Of a DNA stretch of 61,013 nt, positions 53,250 through 61,013 are shown piece after piece (position 1 is the stretch's first letter; the number at the start of each line of letters is the position of its first letter). The stretch is taken from contig MRSU01007270.1 of NCBI GenBank assembly GCA_008369845.1, positions 1-61,013 of the forward strand, in the 5' to 3' direction. Made by a program: the position numbers and the translations under genes. Below the pieces are notes generated by a model that made no database searches, was not told where the DNA came from, and saw only the letters and a program-made list of their open reading frames with translations. The DNA comes from Trichomonas gallinae. Lineage: Eukaryota.

Positions 53250-56200
53250 TTATTTAACATTAATAACAATATTCTTTTGACATTTGTTTGTTTCTTTAAG
53301 GATCTTTTTAAGGCCTGTGATTTTAGCTTTCATTTCATTTGTTGCTTTCTCGATTGCATCAATTCTATGAGCAAATTCTTCTTGACGATTCTTATCATTA
53401 TCATTTCTATGTTTAGTATTCTTATGACTTTCGACTTTCTCTATTTGATGTGTAGCCTTGTGATGAGTGTGTTTTTCCTTTGAGATTTCGTCCAAATCAT
53501 TTCGAGGTGATATTTCACATTTATGAACATGTTTATAATGATTTTGTTTCTTCACAATGTCTGGGTCTTTTTCATTCCTTTTCTCTTCTGAGCGTTTCCT
53601 TGAGCAATGCTGATGAGCATCGCTGTGAACTGGCTCAGGTTTCTTGTCTTCTTGCTTTGATTTTACGTTTGAAAATTCTTTGTTTATATTGGATTTTTCT
53701 TTGTGTTTATAAATAGCTTGTGATTTTTCTTCCTTAGGAATAACTCTTTCAGAATCTCTTCTTTGTTTGTGACTTATTTTCTCAATTTTCCTTGTCGACT
53801 TTTCTTGGATTTTGTCTTCATATATTTTTTGTTTTTGCCTTGGTATTTCAATGTTTTTCCTTGATTGATCTTGACTGTAATCATAAATTTGCTTTTTTGC
53901 TGAATCCTCTATTTCTTCAATTTGTCTGTATTTATAATTTTGTTCTGATTTATTATTGCTTTGAGCATTTGATAATTCTCTAACTTTATGCTTGACTTCG
54001 TTTATATCGTCATCGAATTTCTCGTGATTTCTTTTTGATATCAAATGCTCAATATGACTGTCATGTAATTGATTTGATTCAGTAGATTCTGAACTAGTTT
54101 TGACTAACTCGTAATCGATGTGGCGATGATGTCTGTGGCTGTGAGTTTTATGTCTATCATAAGAAGGCGAATTTCTTCTGCTTTGCATCATTTTTAGAAT
54201 TTCAATTCTGCGTCTGAATGATTCATTTTCTTCTTTCAAGCGTCTGATTGTTTCTTCATCTCTCAGTCTCATTTCTTTTGTGTATTTGACATGTAACATT
54301 GGTTTTGGCGATGAATGCTCTTCAAATTCAAATGGAGTAAAATCATCATCAATAGCTGCTTGCCTGTGCATTCTTTTAGACGGCAAATTTTCAATATCTG
54401 AGTAGTAATCTGAGAAATTGTCGTCGCTGTATGTTTTCTTGAACTCTGAAGAATAATCATTATCAGAATGAACTCTATTTTTGATTTTGTTCTGTGATTT
54501 GTTCTTTAATTTGAGATTAGATATGTTTGGAGCTGAATGTTTCCTGACTGCTGTTGTTTGTCTTCTTTGTTTTGGTGAAGAACCTTTAACCAATGGATCA
54601 TCATCTATGGTATTAGGAACAACAGATGATTTTCTTCTGTCTTTTTCACCTGTTGATCTCTTTGATTTTGAAATTGATGACTTTCTTTGTAATTTCTTGC
54701 TTGACTTTTCATTAACTTCTGTGAAAGAATCCTCAGATTGTAAATCCTCGTTTCCTTGATAATTCGATGATTTGCGTCTTGAAGATTTTTCTTCAACAAT
54801 TTGTCCGATTGATGATTTTCTTTTTGATGCTGTTGAAGATTTTCTTGCTGATTTTGTCTTTGATGCTGTCAAAGATCTTCTCGATGAATCTTGAAATTTG
54901 CCAGGAATTTCTTCATCAGATGAAATTGAATCTAATATATCACCTCCCTTTCTTGTTGATGTTTTAGAAGATCTTCTGGATGAATGTTTAGATTTTTCTT
55001 CATCAGGAGAATCTATTTCTATTGCACCATCTTCCTTTCCAGATGCTTTTGATGATTTTCTTTGCGAAGATCTTCTTGATATTTGTTTTGATTTTTCGAC
55101 ATTTTCTTCATAAGATGAGTCTAAATTATCTTCTTTCTTTGATGCTTTTGAAGATTTTCTTGATGATTTTCTTTGCGATACTCCACTCTTTTGCTGATAT
55201 GAAGATCTCCTAGATGAATGTTTTGATTTGATTAAGTTTTCTTCTTCATACGAATTTGATTTCAATAAATCATCTTTTTTCTTTGTTGATGCTGTCGATT
55301 TTCTTTGAGATTTTTTAGAATTTGATTTTCTTTGAATGCTTTCTTCTTCATAAGAATCAATTTCATCTCTAAATTCTCTGTCATTGAGATTTTCTTCTAA
55401 CAATTCAGCATCATATTCTTCGGAGTTTTCTTCTTCATCATCAATTTGATATGACTGATCTGATAAACATATAGGACTGTTTTCTGCATCAATACACTCA
55501 ATGCATTGAATTTCGTGTTCCATTAAATTATCAACAGTTAAATCCTCTTTCAAACTCATTCCACTGTTTTCTCTATCAACGATTTCGTCTTTGGCAAGAA
55601 CTTCGACATCATTACATTCAGTTTTAGCAATTACTTCTGCATCATTGTGTTCAACTGTTGCTTGTATTTTAATTTCATTTCTATCGGGGCTGATTGAAAA
55701 ATGTTCAGGAAATTCGAGCTTGAATTCGTAGATTTTTTGTTGAATCTCCATTTCAACTTCATTGTCAATGGCAAACTCAGGCTTTGTGTAGACAAAAATT
55801 GGATCTTGATTAACAAATGTCAAAGGAATTTTTTGTTTTTCGATAAAAATATCATCGTATTTTTGGATACTACAGAATTGCATTTGATCTTTCGCAAGAA
55901 TTTCTTTGTCCTCTAAAAACCTGCAATAATCAACACCAATTTCCGCATCCTTCATTTCAGGAACAGCAGAAACTTCAGCTTCTTTCGTTTCATTGATAAA
56001 TGTGTTTGTTTGAATATTCGTGAATTCAACATGTTTAGTTATGTCCGAATTTTCAGGCGAAATCTGTATATCAGAAGAGTCAACGTCAGACAAAGCTGCT
56101 TCTGTGTGTCCATTTCTATCTTCTGCCGTAATGAAAATTCCATCTAGTACTTCTAAACTTGGAAGTCTATCGATTATTTGTTGCCTGTAACATTGTCTGT

Positions 56201-57197
56201 TTGTAATTGTGTCGGGATGATAACTGTTGAACATTGATATTGACTCTATCAATGTGTCGTAAGCTTGCAGTGGATACATGTGCTGTGTTACTTCTGTTCC
56301 TCGCAAATCTAAAGCTCTTAGTTGAGAATTTGATTTAATATATGAAAGAGCATCATCAAACTGATCAATTTTGGTGAAACTTAGATCCAGTTCTGTAATA
56401 TTTGGCGATATATGTGTTAATAATTGTATTTTCTTTAGTCTTGTGCTTCTTGCATACAAAAGTTTGAGAGACTTGAGTTTTTTGGCTTTTCGAAATCCTT
56501 CATCTTCTATTTCATTGAAAGATATGTCAAGACGCTCTAATTTCTTAAAACTGTTGAATGATGATAAATCTGTAATTTGATTTCGTGATATATTAAGAAC
56601 TATAAGATTATTTTGCTTTATGCTTTGTACAGTTTCTAATTTGTTTCTTGAAATGTCGAGAAATTCAAGATTTGGGAAAGATATAAAATCAGGCATCTCC
56701 GTTAGTTGACAATTACTGACTAAAAGAATCTTTAAGGCAGGAATTCTCGTGCCAAATGTAAGTTTATTCAGCGGATTTGATCTTAAGTCTAAGTAAACGA
56801 GTTTTGGTAAATTATATTTTAGAAAAATCGAGTGTATTTTGTTTGAAAACGCAATTATTTGTGTGAGCTCTTGATTTTCTTCAAGATTTTCGATTAGTGG
56901 AATGTTATTTTCAGAAAAATCAAGAAATTGCAGATTTTTATGTATATCGAAGAATTCTAATTTAGTAATTTGGTTATTTGAGAAGTTGAACACTTCTAGA
57001 TTTGGATATTTATGTAAAAAAGACTTGTCTAAAGATGTGATAGCGTTATTTGAACAATTTATTAACTTAATGTCGAGATTTCTCGGATTCTTTTTGACCT
57101 GATTGAAGAATTCGAGTTTCTTCGACTTTAAATCTATGATTTCTGAAGTCTTATATGTGGGATACTGAATGGGACAAGCATTCAGCGACCGCCACAT
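53250..57197 (-). CDS. Leucine-rich repeat protein (SDS22-like LRRs plus LRRcap) with a long low-complexity Ser/Arg/Lys tail
   Basis: About 11 LxxLDxSxNxI repeats, an LRRcap-like YRQQIIDRLPSLEVLDG, then repeated SSRRSS/RKSS motifs and coiled coils. Confidence 0.9.
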   Translation of the reverse strand: MWRSLNACPIQYPTYKTSEIIDLKSKKLEFFNQVKKNPRNLDIKLINCSNNAITSLDKSFLHKYPNLEVFNFSNNQITKLEFFDIHKNLQFLDFSENNIPLIENLEENQELTQIIAFSNKIHSIFLKYNLPKLVYLDLRSNPLNKLTFGTRIPALKILLVSNCQLTEMPDFISFPNLEFLDISRNKLETVQSIKQNNLIVLNISRNQITDLSSFNSFKKLERLDISFNEIEDEGFRKAKKLKSLKLLYARSTRLKKIQLLTHISPNITELDLSFTKIDQFDDALSYIKSNSQLRALDLRGTEVTQHMYPLQAYDTLIESISMFNSYHPDTITNRQCYRQQIIDRLPSLEVLDGIFITAEDRNGHTEAALSDVDSSDIQISPENSDITKHVEFTNIQTNTFINETKEAEVSAVPEMKDAEIGVDYCRFLEDKEILAKDQMQFCSIQKYDDIFIEKQKIPLTFVNQDPIFVYTKPEFAIDNEVEMEIQQKIYEFKLEFPEHFSISPDRNEIKIQATVEHNDAEVIAKTECNDVEVLAKDEIVDRENSGMSLKEDLTVDNLMEHEIQCIECIDAENSPICLSDQSYQIDDEEENSEEYDAELLEENLNDREFRDEIDSYEEESIQRKSNSKKSQRKSTASTKKKDDLLKSNSYEEENLIKSKHSSRRSSYQQKSGVSQRKSSRKSSKASKKEDNLDSSYEENVEKSKQISRRSSQRKSSKASGKEDGAIEIDSPDEEKSKHSSRRSSKTSTRKGGDILDSISSDEEIPGKFQDSSRRSLTASKTKSARKSSTASKRKSSIGQIVEEKSSRRKSSNYQGNEDLQSEDSFTEVNEKSSKKLQRKSSISKSKRSTGEKDRRKSSVVPNTIDDDPLVKGSSPKQRRQTTAVRKHSAPNISNLKLKNKSQNKIKNRVHSDNDYSSEFKKTYSDDNFSDYYSDIENLPSKRMHRQAAIDDDFTPFEFEEHSSPKPMLHVKYTKEMRLRDEETIRRLKEENESFRRRIEILKMMQSRRNSPSYDRHKTHSHRHHRHIDYELVKTSSESTESNQLHDSHIEHLISKRNHEKFDDDINEVKHKVRELSNAQSNNKSEQNYKYRQIEEIEDSAKKQIYDYSQDQSRKNIEIPRQKQKIYEDKIQEKSTRKIEKISHKQRRDSERVIPKEEKSQAIYKHKEKSNINKEFSNVKSKQEDKKPEPVHSDAHQHCSRKRSEEKRNEKDPDIVKKQNHYKHVHKCEISPRNDLDEISKEKHTHHKATHQIEKVESHKNTKHRNDNDKNRQEEFAHRIDAIEKATNEMKAKITGLKKILKETNKCQKNIVINVK

Positions 57198-57231
57198 TTT
57201 TCACTTAAACGTTCACCTCCCTGTTTATTTC

Positions 57232-57592
57232 TTTCAGACCCCAAAATAATATAAAATGCATCCCCATAATATTTTTGACAGACCCTATTTTAATAAATAT
57301 CGCCAATAATAATCTGGCAGACCCTCTTTTAATAATCATAAACTAAAACAATTTGGAAGAACTATTTTAGCGTCATCTCTTATAATAACATGTGACCTTA
57401 ATGCACGAAGAATGAATCCAAAGCTCAGGTATTCAAGCTTCTCATGTACGTTTTCCTAAAAATATTGGGAGGCCGCTCATTTAATCCTGTCACCTATAAT
57501 AGTTTGGTAAGACTCTTTTTAGAATTATCACCTGAAATAATTTGGAAGACCCTGTTTTAGAAATGTCGCCTATAATAGATAGGCAGACCCTC
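57232..57592. repeat. Degenerate ~38-39-bp tandem repeat array (about 9 units)
   Basis: Approximate consensus TTTGGCAGACCCTCTTTTAGAAATGTCGCCTATAATAA. Cores at about 57235, 57279, 57318, 57357, 57392, 57469, 57509, 57546 and 57584. Confidence 0.85.
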
Positions 57593-57841
57593 GTTAATTT
57601 TATATTTTGGCTTTTTTCGAACTAATCATTGCAGTTGTGATGATTTCAATGATTGATTTGGTAAAGATTTTTGAGGTGAAAACTTTAGTACATTGTGGAT
57701 TTCTTACAATTCTTTGATTTGATTCAAAAGGAAAAATAATTTCATCGAATTGATCAGATTTTGAAACTAAATTTTTGCATTCTAAGAAGAATGAGACCTA
57801 AATATATAATGATTAGGCTCTAAATTTGAAATAAAATAAAA

Positions 57842-59161
57842 TTAATCATAAACTGGGCCATAGAGTAATTTCTCTGTTTCTCTCTTTCTCCTGATGAGCT
57901 CTCTTTCTGTACTGTCATCTTTATGCCTGCGTTTGACTGGGATTGTGCGTGGATAAAGAGGTCTTCCTTGTTTCTTCTGCACTGGACGCTTTGCGCGCTC
58001 AGCAGCAGCTTCCTTCTTCTTGTTGAGTGCTTCTTGTTCCTCAATTTGAGCGATTCTCCTCGCTTCTTCACGATGAATTTTTGTAAATTCGTATTCTTTC
58101 TGTCTGACGAACTTCTGATTGACTGTTTGGACTTCTCTGTAAAGCATCTCCAATCTCTCTTGGATTCTCGTAAGAAGAACAATAGCAGTCTGATCAGAGT
58201 CTTCTTTAAAGCAACTTCGATATGTTTGCAAAACTTTCTTCGACAAATAATCGATTTCATCTTCTACTTTGTTTCTTAGTGTAACAGTAGCTGGTGTCAT
58301 CTGGTTGTCGTCAACTTTTGGCTTCGGCAAACGTTTTATTATTGAATTTACTTGTTCGTAAAGTTTGCTGACTTCGTCGATCTTCTTTGTAGGATTTATG
58401 TTCAAATTCTTATCCATGTCGCGTATTCTTTGTGAATGTTCAAAGATAAATAAATTTTCATCTTCAATTATCTTTAATTGAGTAGGAACAAAGTCCATAT
58501 CTTTGTATATTTCGTCTATTTTCTTGTTTTGCGGTATAATTGATTGTAAAAAATCGTAATATTCTTCATATGATTCCAAAGTCCATAAACCTTTCTTAAT
58601 TTCGGATTTTAGTAGTTCGATACTTGTTTTCCTTGATCTAAGCAATCTTTCTTTTTCGCATCTTTTTTGTGAAGCGACTTCAGCTGCTTTTCTTGCTTGA
58701 ATTAGTTTAAACTCAACAAATTGGGTCGCTTTTTCAACTTTTGCAACTGTTTCATCGAAATCTGTTTCGTCATTTTGTAGTTTTTGGTCAGATTGATTCA
58801 TTTGGTTCGTTAAATTATTAATTTCTTTTCTTTTTCGATCTATCAGCAATTGAGTGAGGTAAATCTCTCTAGTTTCGTTAATAAATTCGGTTGTTCGCTT
58901 TCCACGCGCTGTTTTCGCTCTTCTTTCGGCTTTTTCTTCCGCTGTTAGCGTAGAAGCCCTTGGAGTATAACAGCGTTTCGTCTTACATGGTGGGACTGGT
59001 GATTTCATCATGTCGGTTCTTTGCACTAAAGTTAAATTAGATAAAGTTTTTCTTTCAAGTTGCTTTTGGAGCTGTTTTTCTTCACTATACGCAAACAACT
59101 CAACAGTTGGAGGCAAAGTGAATGGATTCCCTTCTCTTCCAATGCATGATGTAGATGACAT
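57842..59161 (-). CDS. CFAP100: Flagellar coiled-coil protein, CFAP100 (CCDC37/38, DUF4200)-like
   Basis: N-terminal NPFTLPP, EFINETREIYLTQLLIDRKRKEI, YEEYYDFLQSIIP, IEDENLFI, and C-terminal KKQGRPLYPR. Confidence 0.75.
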   Translation of the reverse strand: MSSTSCIGREGNPFTLPPTVELFAYSEEKQLQKQLERKTLSNLTLVQRTDMMKSPVPPCKTKRCYTPRASTLTAEEKAERRAKTARGKRTTEFINETREIYLTQLLIDRKRKEINNLTNQMNQSDQKLQNDETDFDETVAKVEKATQFVEFKLIQARKAAEVASQKRCEKERLLRSRKTSIELLKSEIKKGLWTLESYEEYYDFLQSIIPQNKKIDEIYKDMDFVPTQLKIIEDENLFIFEHSQRIRDMDKNLNINPTKKIDEVSKLYEQVNSIIKRLPKPKVDDNQMTPATVTLRNKVEDEIDYLSKKVLQTYRSCFKEDSDQTAIVLLTRIQERLEMLYREVQTVNQKFVRQKEYEFTKIHREEARRIAQIEEQEALNKKKEAAAERAKRPVQKKQGRPLYPRTIPVKRRHKDDSTERELIRRKRETEKLLYGPVYD

Positions 59162-60052
59162 TGGAATATAAAAAGAATGTCAAAATTTAGTACTTTACAT
59201 GTCATAAATTTTTACATTTTTGCCATTTTCTATATATAGACACCATATCAATAATACTTTCATTCGCGTTAAATACATTGAAAGTGTTTTAATTTTTTGA
59301 ACAAAAAATTAATAAAACAAAATAAATTTATTAAAAATCGAAATATAAATTTTAAAAAATTGCAAAATTTGAAAAATGAACAAAAAGATATTTTGAATAA
59401 GATGTGGGATATTTTGGGAGAGAAATAAATTTCAAAGAATAACGTCTTTCTATTGAAATTTTACCGATATAAAAACGTCTTCGTTCAATCTCTTCCAAAG
59501 AATAAAAAACATGATTTCTTATTCCACAATATAATTACAGAAAAATAGTCCTTCATTTGACAACATTCTAACTGACCAAATTTGATCAAAGAGTTAAATG
59601 GTGTCATATTTGATAATTACTCTATGAATTATCGATAAACCCTTAATGATGTCTATTTAAATTTGCTTTCGGTCATGGTTCTTTTTTTTATCGAACTTTT
59701 TCAACTTTTCTCTTAAAAATAATTTCTATTTGATTTATAGACATTTCTTTATTCCTAATTCATTCAGAAAATATTGAAAAGTTCTGTTTAAATTATTTTG
59801 TTCGTTATTTTAAAATTATATATTCCAAATAGAATGGAATATAATTACAAATATAATTGATTTGAATGAGAATTGAATTTTTCTTCTTTCAGCATTGAAA
59901 ATATTTAAATGAAATTTAGGCATTATTAGTATATATGAATTATAGCGATTTTTTATTTCCAAATTTTGATTGCCATTTTTCTAATATTTAACTATATATG
60001 GTATATACATTTATTTAAAATGATTAAAAAAATAAAAAAATTAAAAATTTTC

Positions 60053-60949
60053 ATGGAGAGGGTGAATGCTGAGATTACCAATACTCAGTCACTCAGTATC
60101 GAAGCAAACCCTCAGACACTGACCTTCCACATGAAAAATGACTACTATGAGATGCAATTTCCCTTGTTTCATGCGATTTTTCAGCATAATTTGATTCCAA
60201 TCATTTTTGGCTACCCGTTCCTCATTATGTACTTCGCCCAGTGCATACTTGTATCAACATGGCCTTGGATGAAGTACATGGAAGATTATAGGAACAACGA
60301 ATTGATGAGCTGGTTATTCAGAATCCTATTTTTCATGGATAGACCAACAACAGACCTAAATTATTTATATGCTAGCCTTCCCATGTGGTTCTGCGCCTTA
60401 TTATCAATAGTTTTCATACAAATTCAAATGCAATATTACAAATATCAGCGCAAATTCATAAATTTACTTAATTACCCGATTAGATTGTACTATGATACAG
60501 CATTGCCATGGTTTTATATGCCTGCTATGATTGGTTTTTGCGAAACAGGAATTAAGATCTGCAAAGGCTATTTTAGCGCAACACTACTCGTAGCTTTCCT
60601 TTTATATCTATCGTGCTACATTTACATGATTATCTCGTTCCTTATGGTTCAACAATACGCTGCAAAAACAATTTATATCGCGAAAGGACCTCTTTTTAAC
60701 TTTGATCCACGTTTAATGGTACGTATGCTTTGGTTTGATTTCACTACTATCTCAGTTTTCTTCATTTTAACACTTTTCGAATACTGGGCACCAATTGCGG
60801 CAGTTGTAGTCCACATGGTTGCTTTTTTCTACCTTGGTTACTACATGCTGTCAAACGATACATTCGTCGACGTGTTGTTTCAGTCGATGGGCGTCGCCTG
60901 GCATTGGTCTTGCGCAATCGGAGATTTCGTAACTATATTAAGGGGGTAG
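60053..60949 (+). pseudogene. N-terminal multi-TM part of a transmembrane cyclase-family gene, truncated or interrupted
   Basis: ATG at 60053 (MERVNAE). FPLF...Q..P start and several TM helices typical of trichomonad TM cyclases. Stops abruptly at TTAAGGGGGTAG mid-TM bundle. Confidence 0.55.
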
Positions 60950-61013
60950 GTTTGAATGGTTTACAAAATTTGAAAAAGTGCTTCATATCTGCCAGTCAGA
61001 GCGACGCCCATGG
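60942..61013. mobile_element. Possible terminus of a TTAA-targeting DNA transposon (Kolobok-like)
   Basis: TTAA followed by GGGGGTAGG exactly where the ORF breaks. Only one end is visible. Confidence 0.3.

Noticed and set aside
57232..57592. CRISPR-like periodicity
   Set aside because: Whole units are homologous with no unique spacers, there are no cas genes, and the context is eukaryotic.

Overview
AT-rich, apparently intron-less eukaryotic DNA that looks like a trichomonad (Trichomonas vaginalis or a close relative). Support: Inr-like TCA(T/C)(T/A) just before ATGs, AAAGTGAC, M3/M5-type promoter motifs, TAAA overlapping stop codons, and typical expanded families (ankyrin, Myb, CAMK kinase, transmembrane cyclase-like, surface proteins). 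About 25 genes plus several pseudogenes or disrupted ORFs. The supplied ORF track allows TTG/GTG starts, so several starts were corrected to ATG. Highlights: (1) an unannotated 23-aa RPL41 gene forming a cluster with RPL29 and RPL35, with shared promoter motifs and downstream stem-loops; (2) a bacterial-type GNAT, probably laterally acquired; (3) a PTC7 phosphatase with a hydrogenosomal-type presequence; (4) divergent SPG15-, Munc13-, TMEM131- and TEX264-like proteins; (5) a C2-domain gene bracketed by 37-bp inverted repeats; (6) a recurring TGACA/TTTACATGTCA upstream motif; (7) a ~39-bp degenerate tandem array; (8) a possible TTAA-inserted transposon end at the right edge. All homology calls are from visual motif recognition; no searches were run. 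I found no single clearly new multi-gene system, only candidates.
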